DNA of 64,000 bases from Candidatus Tenderia sp. Lineage in GTDB: Bacteria; Pseudomonadota; Gammaproteobacteria; Tenderiales; Tenderiaceae. The notes under the pieces are model-generated. The model was not told the origin of the DNA, ran no database searches, and saw nothing but the letters and a program-made list of their open reading frames with translations. Below, in pieces: positions 1 to 10,617 of this stretch. Position numbers and translations under genes: made by a program. The stretch covers positions 1 through 64,000 of the forward strand of contig JANOSY010000085.1 of the NCBI GenBank assembly GCA_031416075.1. The letters run 5' to 3'. Each line of letters opens with the position of its first letter. Within the stretch, counting starts at the first letter, position 1.

Positions 1-335
1 TATCCGGTGATCGGGGATAGTGCGAAAAAAATCGATGAATCCTTCGGGGGGCTCTTCCATTTCAAATGTTCCGTGCTGAAAATATCTGAAATGACAGATT
101 GCCGGGAATTTGTCACTCGGTTTTTAATGAGGGAGCCCTGATTCAACCGGCGTTAAGGCTGGTCGATTTTCCCTCAAAGGTGTAAAGTAGTGTAAAAAAT
201 CACAGCACTAGTTGAGAATGGGGGCGTAAATGAGTATCCTCACGCCGTAAATGCCAGACTACATGGCGGCATATAAAAAATAGAGCTATTCCCAGATTTG
301 CAGTAACCAAAACCCTAACTTTGAAGGAGTACTTA

Positions 336-1589
336 ATGCTATACGGAAAACGTGCTATTGCCGGTGTGACGCTGGCGCTGACTGCCGTTGCTACACAGGC
401 GATGGCTGGTACCACGAACGAAAGAACCTATTTTGTGCCTTCGCTCTCGTACATCAATGCGGATAGTGATCGTACCGCTGACAATGATGTGGGGTTGATG
501 CTGGGGCTTGGTAAACAGATCTCAAACATGTGGAATCTGGAGTTGAGTCTGGCTGCTGATAACCTCGATTTTGAATCGACTGCTAACAAATACAAACAGC
601 GTGGTGTTCAGTTGGATGGTCTTTACTTCTTTGACCGTTCCATGAGCTTTTCACCTTATGCAGTGATCGGTGCAGGTGTATTGCGTACTGAAATTGTTGG
701 TGACAGTGATAATAACGCCATGGTGAATGCCGGTGTTGGTGTGATGCGTAGTTTGACCGATTCAGGCATCAACCTGCGTGGCGATGTACGTTACCGTCTT
801 GATAATGATGATCGTATGGCCGGTGTTGACCGTTTTGGTGACTGGATGGTGAATGTTGGTTTGATGATGCCGATTGGTGCCAAGGCTGCTCCGGTAGCGG
901 CGGTTGTTGCGGTGCCTGTGGTTGCTAAGGTTGTGGCACCAGTACCGATAGCAAAACCGGCCCCAGTGGATGGCGATAGTGATGCGGATGGTGTTAAGGA
1001 CAGTATGGATAAATGTGCTGACACACCAAAAGGTAGCAAGGTTGATGCTATGGGGTGTGAACTTGATAGCGATAAGGATGGTGTGAGTGATAGTAAAGAT
1101 AGCTGTCCGAATACACCGGCTGGTGCCAAGGTTGATGCCAAAGGGTGCGAATTGGATGGTGATAAGGATGGCATCGCTGATAGTGCTGATAAATGCCCAG
1201 ACAGTAAGGCAGATGCCCGTGTTGATAGCAAAGGGTGTGAGCTGGAAGAGGTTATTGTCCTGAAGGGTGTTAACTTTGAAACAGGTTCTGCCAAGTTAAC
1301 CGACGAGTCACAAACTGTTCTGGACGATATGGCGACAACGTTGGTGAAATACTCAACTATGGTGGTGGAAGTTGCAGGCCATACTTCAAGCACTGGTTCT
1401 GTAAGTCTGAACCGTCGTTTGTCACAGCAGCGTGCTGATTCTGTGGCCGCTTATCTGGTAGGTAAAGGTGTTAAGGCGGATAACCTTAAAACCAAGGGTT
1501 ACGGTCCGGACAAGCCTGTGGCAGATAACGCTACAGCCACTGGCCGTAGTGCTAACCGTCGTGTTGAATTGCATATTCTGCAGCGTTAA
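336..1589 (+). CDS. OmpA-family outer membrane protein: N-terminal beta-barrel, Ca-binding TSP3-like repeats, C-terminal OmpA peptidoglycan-binding domain
   Basis: Signal peptide (...QAMA), barrel-like alternating strands, DxDxDG repeats, OmpA_C motifs GVNFETGSA / GHTS / NRRLSQQRA / NRRVE. Start placed at ATG 336 after AAGGAG. Confidence 0.9.
   Translation: MLYGKRAIAGVTLALTAVATQAMAGTTNERTYFVPSLSYINADSDRTADNDVGLMLGLGKQISNMWNLELSLAADNLDFESTANKYKQRGVQLDGLYFFDRSMSFSPYAVIGAGVLRTEIVGDSDNNAMVNAGVGVMRSLTDSGINLRGDVRYRLDNDDRMAGVDRFGDWMVNVGLMMPIGAKAAPVAAVVAVPVVAKVVAPVPIAKPAPVDGDSDADGVKDSMDKCADTPKGSKVDAMGCELDSDKDGVSDSKDSCPNTPAGAKVDAKGCELDGDKDGIADSADKCPDSKADARVDSKGCELEEVIVLKGVNFETGSAKLTDESQTVLDDMATTLVKYSTMVVEVAGHTSSTGSVSLNRRLSQQRADSVAAYLVGKGVKADNLKTKGYGPDKPVADNATATGRSANRRVELHILQR
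975..1244 (+). repeat. Three 90-bp (30-aa) intragenic repeats, DxDxDGVxDxxDxCxxT...VDxxGCEL
   Basis: Seen directly in the OmpA translation. Confidence 0.85.
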
Positions 1590-1597
1590 TGTTTGAG

Positions 1598-1631
1598 GCT
1601 TCCCGGCGCTAATGGTGCCGGGAAGCTTTTT
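1598..1631 (+). terminator. Rho-independent terminator after the OmpA gene
   Basis: gcttcccggc...gccgggaagc stem followed by a T run. Confidence 0.85.
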
Positions 1632-1952
1632 ACCCTTTATATTACCTCTCCTTATTTGATTTATGCCTGTTAATCATGGGCTGGATATTTTCTGTTTTTG
1701 TCTTTTTTATCCAATACATTAGAGTCCTGTATTAATTCTGTAGTTTCTTAACAATTTTTTATGGTTGTACTGCAGAGCGGTTATGAGTTTACTTTTGTGA
1801 TGATACTTCATTCCCCGGTCTCTCAATTCATCTCCTGGTAAAACAGTGTAAAAGCGTGTTTTTTGCCATTGTATAGAAACCGTTCATAGACGATAGTTGA
1901 TGGGAGAGCTACTTATGTAGCCACTGCTCAAGTAGTGTGGAGGACTTTTATT

Positions 1953-2345
1953 ATGGATATTACAAACAAAATTATTGAGATAAATGGAGGTTTATTAACC
2001 TCGTTGCTTATTTATAAGGAGTTTAGTTTTGAACAGTCTGTACGTTTTTTGCCAGAGGCGGTGCGTACGGTGGTTAATGTGGTATCGCTGCAGGATGTTT
2101 CTCAATTTACGTCATCGGACAGCACATCTTCTGTTATGGCATTGATGCAGAAAATTGACATTGACCTGTTGGCACTCAATACATCAATAGAACCAATATT
2201 GGCTAAGGATGGGATGTTGGTATTACTGCCAAAAATTATGGGATTGATCAGTAGCAGTAATGATGGTGGTATGAGTGTGGAAGGCAGTCAGAAAACAGTG
2301 TGGTTTAGCATGGATAAAAAGGACAAAGCTCATTGTGATGAGTGA
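1953..2345 (+). CDS. Hypothetical protein
   Basis: ORF with GGAGGA upstream of ATG 1953; no family recognised. Confidence 0.5.
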   Translation: MDITNKIIEINGGLLTSLLIYKEFSFEQSVRFLPEAVRTVVNVVSLQDVSQFTSSDSTSSVMALMQKIDIDLLALNTSIEPILAKDGMLVLLPKIMGLISSSNDGGMSVEGSQKTVWFSMDKKDKAHCDE

Positions 2346-2388
2346 TGGCAATAGCACGATAAAACTGCTGTTTTAACAGAGGTGTAAC

Positions 2389-2703
2389 ATGGCCAGATTA
2401 ATGGATGAAAATAGTGCTGTTTTTTCAAGAGGGGTTGAGGCCTTATCTGTCTCGGGGGCCTTTCGTGTGGCACTGTTGATGAAAGTATGCAGTAGCAACA
2501 GCGGTCGTGCAGCGTTGGCCAGAAAAAGTGGCGTTGATAGTACATTGTTGCTCAAATGGGTGAAAATGGCGGAGAGGCGTGCTGTTGATTCTGGTCGCTC
2601 TGTTTATTTATTGAAGATCTCTGATGTGAAAGCGATTCAAAAAGATTTTTTACGTGGTACTGAATATCCAGCGGTTAAAATGGGCGGTAGCCAACCGTTC
2701 TGA
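2389..2703 (+). CDS. Small protein resembling part of DUF4332 (possibly degenerate)
   Basis: GRAALARKSGVDSTLLLKWVKMAE resembles the DUF4332 helix-turn-helix segment; GAGGTG SD upstream. Confidence 0.4.
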   Translation: MARLMDENSAVFSRGVEALSVSGAFRVALLMKVCSSNSGRAALARKSGVDSTLLLKWVKMAERRAVDSGRSVYLLKISDVKAIQKDFLRGTEYPAVKMGGSQPF

Positions 2704-2884
2704 AATGAATAACGGCTTCGAGTATGTTGATTTTTATCATACTCAGGTTGTTGCAGTCTGGCACAGTCAGGCTCAAAAACTCACCCCCATTATGAGTATT
2801 GAGTCTGCTGTTACCGGGGCGGAGGGGCTGGTATGAATACCGGCTCATCCGTTTTTATGATTGATAGCCCTTGTTGGTTTGTTT

Positions 2885-3682
2885 TCAGGCGGGCAAGTTA
2901 TTGATTGCGACGTTTTCACCCCAGAGTGTCGAGATAATATCTGTTACTTGCGCTGAGTTGCCACTACTCCAGAAAGTATCCTTTCCCTTTTTGCCTTTAT
3001 CTGGATTGAGTAGTTGATGGTGATGGAGGCGTCGTTGTAGTTCTCGGGCAACAGCCGGGTTAGGGTCGATAATGGTGACGTTGCTTCCGGCTGTTTCTTG
3101 AATTGTATTTTTCAGGAAAGGGTAGTGGGTACAACCAAGCACTAACGTATCAACCCCCTTTTCCAGCAGCGGCGTGACGTAGCGGTCCACCAGTATGTGC
3201 GCCTCTTTATTATTGATATTGCCGTGTTCAACCAGTTCCACCCAGCCTGGGCAGGGCTGTACAACAATTTTTACACCGTTACCGTGACGGGCTGTGAGGT
3301 TGGCAAACCGTTCGCTGCTGAGTGTGCCGCTGGTGGCAAGAACGCCAATAACATTGCTGCGTGTCTGTTGTGCGGCGGGTTTAATGGCGGGTTCCATAGC
3401 GATTATGGGGATGTCAAAACGGGCGCGCAGTGTTTCAACGGCTGCACTGGTTGCTGTGTTGCAGGCGACTACAATTGCTTTGGCTTGTCGCTGAATAAAA
3501 AACTCGGTGATGAAAATGGCGCGGGTCTCGATAAAATGCCTGCTCTTCTCCCCATATGGCACGTGTGCGGAGTCGGCGACATAGAGCAGATCCTCGTGTG
3601 GCAGCAGATTGCGGATTTCACGCAGTACTGACAGTCCACCAACGCCAGAGTCGAATACTGCCACAGGGTTCTCTTGGGACAT
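2885..3682 (-). CDS. murI: Glutamate racemase
   Basis: FDSGVGGLSV, VVACNTAT and LGCTHYP catalytic motifs. Confidence 0.97.
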   Translation of the reverse strand: MSQENPVAVFDSGVGGLSVLREIRNLLPHEDLLYVADSAHVPYGEKSRHFIETRAIFITEFFIQRQAKAIVVACNTATSAAVETLRARFDIPIIAMEPAIKPAAQQTRSNVIGVLATSGTLSSERFANLTARHGNGVKIVVQPCPGWVELVEHGNINNKEAHILVDRYVTPLLEKGVDTLVLGCTHYPFLKNTIQETAGSNVTIIDPNPAVARELQRRLHHHQLLNPDKGKKGKDTFWSSGNSAQVTDIISTLWGENVAINNLPA

Positions 3683-3858
3683 CTATGAATACACTCATCA
3701 TGTTTTTTGTGAGGGATCGGGTGATCTCCATCAACTCGTCCCTAATAATACAGCAGTCGCTAATTTTGCTCTTCATTGATTCCGGTTTTAGGCAAAATGC
3801 AGTAACGTTGTGGTAAGTCCTCTGTGAGGAGGGCATCTGTTATTAAGGGATAGAAACG

Positions 3859-5334
3859 ATGGATGAAAATAGGCTGTTTATTGGTGCTGATGGCGATACT
3901 TCAGTTAGTTTGCGTTTGCGTATGGGGAATCGCCACGGTTTGATTACGGGGGCGACGGGCACGGGTAAAACGGTGACATTGCAGACCTTGATTGAGGGGT
4001 TTTCTCAGGCTGGGGTTCCGGTGTTTGCTACAGATATCAAGGGTGACCTTTCTGGCCTTGCCAAGGCTGGGGGGCTGAATGAGCGGATTCAGGCACGTGT
4101 AGAGCAGTTAAAGTTGACTCAGTATCAAAATCGTCCCTATCCGGTAGTCTTTTGGGATCTTTTCGGTCAGGCTGGCCATCCAGTGCGTACCACTATCTCA
4201 GAGATGGGGCCGTTATTGTTAGCCAATTTGCTGGAGCTGAACAGTACACAAGAGGCGGTATTGTACGCCTGTTTCAAGATTGCCGATGACCAGGGGTTGT
4301 TGCTGCTTGATTTTAAAGATTTACGTTCCATGTTGACATGGCTGTCTGACAACGCCAAGGCGTTGCAGAGGGAGTATGGTAACCTCTCCAGCACCAGTAT
4401 TGCCGCTATTCAGCGCAGTCTGCTGGTACTGGAGCAGGAGGGGGCGGAGCAATTTTTTGCTGAACCGGCATTGCAGTTACAGGATTTGATGCAGGTCGAT
4501 TTCTCTGGCAATGGTGTGGTGAGCATGCTGGATGCTACGTCACTGATGCCGCGTCCACGTCTGTACGCTACTTTTCTGTTGTGGTTGTTATCTGAACTGT
4601 TTGAAGAGCTGCCAGAAGTGGGGGATCCTGATCGGCCTAAACTGGTGCTCTTTTTTGATGAGGCACACCTACTGTTTAAAAATGCGCCAGCGGCGTTGGT
4701 TGATAAGATCGAACAGGTTGTGCGTCTGATTCGTTCAAAGGGGGTAGGGGTCTACTTTATTAGTCAGACGCCGTCGGATATCCCTGTCAACATTGCTGGC
4801 CAGCTGGGCAATCGTGTGCAACACGCATTGCGTGCCTTCACACCCAAGGATCAAAAAGCAGTCAAGAGTGCCGCGCAAACCTTGCGTAGCAACCCTAAAC
4901 TAGATACCGAGACGGTGATCAGTCAGCTAGGCGTGGGTGAGGCGTTAGTCTCTGTGCTTGATGATAAAGGGCAACCTACGATGGTGGAACGAGTGCTGAT
5001 TGCACCACCACAGTCGCGGATTGGGCCGTTGACTGTGGAGGAGCGGCAACCGCTCTTGGCTCGTTCACCTCTGGCGAGTAAATACAACAGCCTGGTTGAT
5101 CGTGAGTCGGCCTATGAACTGCTGCAAAAACGGAGTGAAGCGCTATTGGCACAGGCGGCTGAAGCAGAGCAGCTTGTGGAGGTGAAACAGACGTCTACCA
5201 AATCAACCACTTCCAGTGGGCCTGAGTCGGTCGTGAGTGCACTGGCCAAAAGTGCGGCACGTGCTATTGGCAGTCAACTGGGGCGGCAGATTGTACGCGG
5301 TCTACTGGGGTCGTTATTGGGTGGCAGGCGTTAA
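3859..5334 (+). CDS. DUF853 / HerA-like P-loop ATPase (YjgR family)
   Basis: [15 protein letters not shown] Walker [10 protein letters not shown] Walker [11 protein letters not shown]-terminal [11 protein letters not shown]. Confidence 0.92.
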   Translation: MDENRLFIGADGDTSVSLRLRMGNRHGLITGATGTGKTVTLQTLIEGFSQAGVPVFATDIKGDLSGLAKAGGLNERIQARVEQLKLTQYQNRPYPVVFWDLFGQAGHPVRTTISEMGPLLLANLLELNSTQEAVLYACFKIADDQGLLLLDFKDLRSMLTWLSDNAKALQREYGNLSSTSIAAIQRSLLVLEQEGAEQFFAEPALQLQDLMQVDFSGNGVVSMLDATSLMPRPRLYATFLLWLLSELFEELPEVGDPDRPKLVLFFDEAHLLFKNAPAALVDKIEQVVRLIRSKGVGVYFISQTPSDIPVNIAGQLGNRVQHALRAFTPKDQKAVKSAAQTLRSNPKLDTETVISQLGVGEALVSVLDDKGQPTMVERVLIAPPQSRIGPLTVEERQPLLARSPLASKYNSLVDRESAYELLQKRSEALLAQAAEAEQLVEVKQTSTKSTTSSGPESVVSALAKSAARAIGSQLGRQIVRGLLGSLLGGRR

Positions 5335-5359
5335 ATAGGCCAGATGAAATCCAGATAAA

Positions 5360-5386
5360 ATAAAGGGACGCCTGGCGTCCCTTTAT
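5360..5386. terminator. Bidirectional terminator between convergent genes
   Basis: ataaagggacgcc-t-ggcgtccctttat inverted repeat with A/T-rich flanks. Confidence 0.85.
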
Positions 5387-5402
5387 CTATTTTTGCAGAT
5401 GT

Positions 5403-6449
5403 TTATCTTGCTGCGCCGACGATGCTGCCGCCGCTTGTAGCAGGTAGCCGTGGCATATCTATTTTAGGGAATTCGCCACTTAAGCTTTCAAGGAAGGCGA
5501 CAAGATCTGCTGTCTCTTTGTCGGTTAGCTCTTTATTAAGCTGGCCTTTGGCCATCACACGAACCGCTTCGTCCAGAGTCTGCACAGAGCCGTTATGGAA
5601 GTAGGGGGCGGTTAGGGCGATGTTCCGCAGGCTGGGTACACGCCAGACATTTTTATCGCTCTCATCCTTGGTGACCTCATGACGGCCAGTATCTTCCAGC
5701 AGCTTGTATTTGGCGTCATAGTCGCTGGCGAACATGGGGAATTTTTGATAGAAACCTTGTCCCGCCTGCATCAGTGGACCGGCAAAATTGGGGCCGCTGT
5801 GGCAAGCGTTGCAACCGCTCTCCTTAAATAGTTTCATGCCATTTTGTGCTTGGCTGGATAAGGCCTTTTTGTCGCCAGCCAAAAACCTGTCGAAGGGGCT
5901 GTTACGGGTGACTAATGTCCGTTCAAAGGCAGCAATGGCTTTAGCCATATTGTCATAGCTTACTGCATCTTTACCGCCGAAGACCTTATTGAACTGTTTA
6001 GCATAGCCGGAGATTGAACTAAGCCGCTCGACAATGGCCGCTTCGCTGGGCATGCCCATTTCAATTGGGTTTAAGGGTGGACCTTTAGCCTGATCTTCCA
6101 GTGTATTGGCGCGGCCATCCCAGAATTGTGCGCTCAGGAAGGCAGCATTCCAGACGGTGGGTGCACTTCTGCCGCCACGCTGTCCGTCAACACCGACGGA
6201 GGTAGCACGGCTGTCAGTGCCGTTGGCCATGACGTTGTGGCAGGAGTTACAGGAGACGGTGCCATCGATTGATAGGCGTGGATCAAAGTAGAGTTGTTTG
6301 CCCAGTTCGACTTTGGCGGCGGTGGTGGGGTTGTTGGGTGGGGTGGGGATGTTTTTGGGGAGCGCTTCAAAGGCGCTGGCACTGCTGGCACCCACTAGCA
6401 ATATTGCTATGCAGGTGGCCAGGACGGTACGTTTTTGTTTAATCATCAT
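5403..6449 (-). CDS. Di-haem cytochrome c peroxidase
   Basis: Signal peptide, two CxxCH motifs (CNSCH, CNACH), QFWDGRA, VPSLRNIALTAPYFHNG. Confidence 0.95.
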   Translation of the reverse strand: MMIKQKRTVLATCIAILLVGASSASAFEALPKNIPTPPNNPTTAAKVELGKQLYFDPRLSIDGTVSCNSCHNVMANGTDSRATSVGVDGQRGGRSAPTVWNAAFLSAQFWDGRANTLEDQAKGPPLNPIEMGMPSEAAIVERLSSISGYAKQFNKVFGGKDAVSYDNMAKAIAAFERTLVTRNSPFDRFLAGDKKALSSQAQNGMKLFKESGCNACHSGPNFAGPLMQAGQGFYQKFPMFASDYDAKYKLLEDTGRHEVTKDESDKNVWRVPSLRNIALTAPYFHNGSVQTLDEAVRVMAKGQLNKELTDKETADLVAFLESLSGEFPKIDMPRLPATSGGSIVGAAR

Positions 6450-6811
6450 CTTCTCCTAAGGATACATTTGAATAGTTGTATTGCGGGCAGAGGATAACCC
6501 TGCTTGTCGTCATGTTAAATTTAGACAAAGACTAAGTCAACATCGTATCACTATGTTTATTAATGATAATTCTTGATAAAAATAATCGGGTTTAACAATT
6601 TGTCCAGCATTCTGATAGGCATTAAAGTTGGCTAACAGCGGTAAATGATTACTGGGGTGTGACGATAGATAGTGGATTAGATACGGCCGATTTATTCACA
6701 AAATAAATTAATAAAATTAAAATCATTCATTTTATAAATAACAAGAGATGCGGCTATAGTGATTGCGTATTGATAAACAACCTGTCTTTAAATGACGTAA
6801 AGGAGATCCAA

Positions 6812-8284
6812 ATGAGTAATAAGCCTAAGTGTCCGATGACTACCGCGAACGGTGCCCCAGTTGCCGAGGATCAGAACAGTATCAGCGCCGGCGAGCGTGG
6901 TTCGCTGACCTTCGACAACTTCCGTATGTTTGAGAAGTTGGCCCACTTCAACCGTGAGCGTATCCCTGAGCGTGTTGTACATGCCCGGGGTAGTGGTGCT
7001 TACGGCACTTTTACATTGACCAAAGATATGTCGGACTACACCATCGCCAAATTCCTCCAGGGGGTTGGCAAAAAGACCGAGCTGTTCCTGCGTTTCTCCA
7101 CCGTCGGCGGCGGCCAGGACTCCAGCGACTACGCCCGCGATCCACGCGGCTTTGCGGTGAAGTTCTACACCGAGCAGGGCAATTGGGACATGGTCGGCAA
7201 TAATACTCCGGTCTTCTTTCTGCGTGATCCGATCAAGTTCCCCGATTTTGTCCACTCGCAGAAGAAAAATCCGCAGACCAATCTGCCCGATCCGGCGGCG
7301 ATGTTTGAGTTCTGGGCTAATAGCCCACAGTCACTGCACCAGATGACCATCTTGATGTCGGACCGTGGCATTCCAGCGACACTGCGTAATATGCATGGTT
7401 TCAGCTCCCACACACTAAGCTTTTGGAACGCCAAGGGTGAGCGCAGCTGGGTGAAGTGGCACTTCAAGAGCAATCAGGGGGTCAAGACCCTGACCAACGA
7501 AGAGGCGGCCAAAATGTCACCAGTCGGCGCGCAGCAGGATCTGGTGGAGTCTATCAACAAGGGCGACTTCCCGAGCTGGGCAGTTAAGGTGCAGATTATG
7601 AGCGAAGCCGAGGCACGTACCTATAAGATCAACCCGTTTGATCTGACTAAGATCTGGCCCCACAGTGACTTCCCGCTGATTGAAGTTGGCAAAATGGAGT
7701 TGAACCGCAACGTCACCAACTACTTTGCCGAGACCGAGCAGGCGGCCTTTAGCCCCGGCAATCTGGTGCCAGGCATTGGCGCGTCGCCTGACAAAATGTT
7801 GCAGGCGCGGTTGATGGCCTACCCCGATGCACACCGTTACCGCATCGGTGCTAACGCCAATCAGTTGCCAATTAACTCTCCTCGTTGCCCGTTCCACCAC
7901 TATCAGCGTGATGGGGCGATGGCGGGTATGCCAGCGGCCTTTGGTAGCGATAACAACCAGGGCGGTGGGGTGAACTTTTACCCTAACGATCAGGTGGGCG
8001 ATGGTGCCCCGGTACCGATGCCAGAGTTTGCTGAGCCACCGATGCCAATTTTGGGCGAGGCGTGGGTCAAGGCTTACGATACTCAGGATGAAGATAACTT
8101 CAGCCAGGCCGGTGATCTCTACCGTTTGATGTCGGAGGATCAAAAGAACCAGTTGGCGGGCAACATCGCCGGTGGTTTGGTTCACGCTACCAAGAGTGTG
8201 CAGGAGCGGATGTTAGCGCAGTTCAAAGAAGCAGATGCTGATTATGCCAAACGGGTTGCTGATGTGATGAAGGGCATGGTTTAG
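6812..8284 (+). CDS. Monofunctional haem catalase (small subunit)
   Basis: FNRERIPERVVHARG, RFSTV, VGNNTPVFF, RLMAYPDAHRYR. Start ATG 6812 after AAGGAG. Confidence 0.97.
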   Translation: MSNKPKCPMTTANGAPVAEDQNSISAGERGSLTFDNFRMFEKLAHFNRERIPERVVHARGSGAYGTFTLTKDMSDYTIAKFLQGVGKKTELFLRFSTVGGGQDSSDYARDPRGFAVKFYTEQGNWDMVGNNTPVFFLRDPIKFPDFVHSQKKNPQTNLPDPAAMFEFWANSPQSLHQMTILMSDRGIPATLRNMHGFSSHTLSFWNAKGERSWVKWHFKSNQGVKTLTNEEAAKMSPVGAQQDLVESINKGDFPSWAVKVQIMSEAEARTYKINPFDLTKIWPHSDFPLIEVGKMELNRNVTNYFAETEQAAFSPGNLVPGIGASPDKMLQARLMAYPDAHRYRIGANANQLPINSPRCPFHHYQRDGAMAGMPAAFGSDNNQGGGVNFYPNDQVGDGAPVPMPEFAEPPMPILGEAWVKAYDTQDEDNFSQAGDLYRLMSEDQKNQLAGNIAGGLVHATKSVQERMLAQFKEADADYAKRVADVMKGMV

Positions 8285-8320
8285 TACGGTCTGATGGAAT
8301 AGTTTGATGATTTCGGCTCA

Positions 8321-8350
8321 CGTCCCCTTTGTATTTGTATAAGGGGGACG
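8321..8350. terminator. Hairpin between convergent catalase and GGDEF/EAL genes
   Basis: cgtcccc...ggggacg stem. Confidence 0.6.
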
Positions 8351-8404
8351 GTAGAGCTGATGCTTTTTATACGCTGGCTGGTTATACGTTGGCTGGCAGT
8401 GTGA

Positions 8405-10129
8405 TTACTGTGGGGTTAGACAAACAATTGGTTTAGGCAGATCGATGCCGTGACCTTGAGCATAATCAACGCCGATTTCCCGTAACGCTATGATAGATTC
8501 TTCATCCTGGGCAAATTCAGCAATCGTTTTAATGCCACCGACGTGCGCAATCTCTGCAATCGCTTTGATAATGGCGTAATCCATGCGGTCTGTCCGCATG
8601 TTTTTGACAAAACTACCATCAATTTTAATGAAGTCGACGGGGATCCGTTTAAGGTAGGAGAAAGAACTCATGCCACTGCCAAAATCATCCAGGGCAAAGC
8701 GACAGCCATGTTCTTTTATTTTATGAATAAAGTGAATGGCATTGGTAAAGTCTGTAATTGCTGCGGTCTCAGTGATCTCAAAACAGATGGTGTGTGGTAA
8801 CAACTGGTAGAGTTCAAGTTGGGTATGAATGTATTCGAGTAGCCCCGCATCGCTTAGTGATGTGCCTGACAGGTTAATAAAAGTGATGTGATCATTGGTA
8901 GCTGTACTGTTTTGGTGTCGCTCACAGGCTAGCTGTTGAAAAGCGGTATGAATGACCCAGCGGTCAACCGTGGTCATCATATTGTAACGTTCAGCGGCAG
9001 GAATAAATGCGTAAGGGAGAATAAGCTTTCCTTCTTCATCTACCATGCGTATTAAAAATTCGCGATGATTGGCCGTTGTGTTGACATTCAAGGGCATAAT
9101 GGCGTGTTCGTGCAGAACAAAACGATTCTCCTGAACGGCTTGGGCTATTCGCGAGGCCCACTGCATTTCAGTGTGGCGACGGTTGAGTTCAGCATCATCG
9201 GCACGATAGAGGTGAACACGATTGCGCCCCAAGTCTTTAGCGGCATAACAGGCCATGTCAGCGCCACTTAATACCTCTTCAACATTGCGACTGCTACTGT
9301 TGATGATGGTGACGCCGATGCTGACGCCGATGGCAAAGTTGTAACCTTTCCAGGAAAAACGAAAGTTTTGAATGATTTCGCGGATGGTTTCGGCGATCTT
9401 TAAAGCGTGATCCAGATTACAGTTCTCCAGCAAGATGCCAAACTCATCACCACCGAGCCGTGCCAGCGTATCGCGGTTCCGTACTTGGTGTAACAGATCA
9501 ACGGTTAAACAGCGTAATAGTTGATCTCCAGCCATGTGGCCACAGGTGTCGTTGATGATTTTGAATTGATCCAGGTCAAGATAGAGCAATACATGTTCAT
9601 ATGAGCGTTCCTTTGCACTCTGTAGTGCGCGTTGCAGGCGCCGTTCAAATTCAAGTCGATTGACAAGCCCGGTGAGGGCATCGTGATAGGCCATATGGTG
9701 GATAGTGGCTTCGGCCTGGCGCAGTGCCAGGCGTCGTTGTGCTTCGCGAAGCTCGCGCCTGATGGCCGGCACAAGCCGAGTAAGATTGTTTTTCATGATG
9801 TAATCATTCGCACCATGCCGCATGGTTTCCACAGCAGTCTCCTCGCCGATGGTTCCAGAGACTATAATGATGGGGACGTCACCGTTTGTTTCGCGTACAA
9901 GTATCAGCCCTTGAATAGTATCAATAGTGGGCACGTTGTGGTCACTGATGACAATATCCCAAGGCCCCTCTGCTAATGCGGCGTGTAGGGCATCGAGATT
10001 ATCAGCGCGGTGGATAATGGTATTCAGGCCACCTTTATGCAGTTCGCGTTGTAAAAGGAGGGCGTCATCTGCGGAGTCTTCTATCAGTAGCAGACGCAAT
10101 GGTGGATCTTGCCTGCTCTCATCGGCCAC
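8405..10129 (-). CDS. Response regulator with REC, GGDEF and EAL domains
   Basis: LLLIEDS receiver, RLGGDEF with an RxxD I-site (RNRD), EFL / FEITET / DDFGSG / KIDGSF EAL motifs. Confidence 0.93.
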   Translation of the reverse strand: MADESRQDPPLRLLLIEDSADDALLLQRELHKGGLNTIIHRADNLDALHAALAEGPWDIVISDHNVPTIDTIQGLILVRETNGDVPIIIVSGTIGEETAVETMRHGANDYIMKNNLTRLVPAIRRELREAQRRLALRQAEATIHHMAYHDALTGLVNRLEFERRLQRALQSAKERSYEHVLLYLDLDQFKIINDTCGHMAGDQLLRCLTVDLLHQVRNRDTLARLGGDEFGILLENCNLDHALKIAETIREIIQNFRFSWKGYNFAIGVSIGVTIINSSSRNVEEVLSGADMACYAAKDLGRNRVHLYRADDAELNRRHTEMQWASRIAQAVQENRFVLHEHAIMPLNVNTTANHREFLIRMVDEEGKLILPYAFIPAAERYNMMTTVDRWVIHTAFQQLACERHQNSTATNDHITFINLSGTSLSDAGLLEYIHTQLELYQLLPHTICFEITETAAITDFTNAIHFIHKIKEHGCRFALDDFGSGMSSFSYLKRIPVDFIKIDGSFVKNMRTDRMDYAIIKAIAEIAHVGGIKTIAEFAQDEESIIALREIGVDYAQGHGIDLPKPIVCLTPQ

Positions 10130-10562
10130 GAGACACCTCGTTTAATACCAACCAGTAGAGGCCAAGGTGGCGTGCTGCCTCAACAAATTGGGTAAAGTCG
10201 ACGGGTTTGCGTACATAGCTGTTGGCCCCCAGCGAGTAGCTGGTGATGATGTCCTGCTCTTCATTGGAGGAGGTTAGCACGACCACTGGCAGGAGTTGAG
10301 TGAGTGGATTGAGCCGAATCTGTTTTAATACCTCCAGTCCGTCGATCTTTGGCAGCTTAAGGTCAAGCAGCACCACTTGTGGCAATTGTGATGTATCACG
10401 CCCTGCAAATGTGCCTGTGCCAAACAGATAGTTGAGTGCTTCCTCACCATCACGGACAACTACGATCTCATTGGCAATATTGCTTTTTTGCAGTGCCCTG
10501 ACGGTAAGTAGTTCATCGTCAGGATTGTCTTCGATTAATAGTATGGTAGTTGATTTTGCCAT
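10119..10562 (-). CDS. Single-domain response regulator (Rcp1-like)
   Basis: ILLIEDNPDD, LLDLKLPKIDG, GANSYVRKPVDF. Confidence 0.93.
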   Translation of the reverse strand: MAKSTTILLIEDNPDDELLTVRALQKSNIANEIVVVRDGEEALNYLFGTGTFAGRDTSQLPQVVLLDLKLPKIDGLEVLKQIRLNPLTQLLPVVVLTSSNEEQDIITSYSLGANSYVRKPVDFTQFVEAARHLGLYWLVLNEVSRGR

Positions 10563-10617
10563 GGTGGACCCCCGTCATATGATAGCTAGCTGTTATTATA
10601 AATTGTGGAACCATTTT

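Noticed and set aside
1-60. Possible minus-strand gene start (MEEPPKDSSIFF...) at the window edge
   Set aside because: Too short to support a call
5403-5440. GlyGly-CTERM tail on cytochrome c peroxidase (SGGSIVGAAR)
   Set aside because: Lacks the required transmembrane helix and basic cluster
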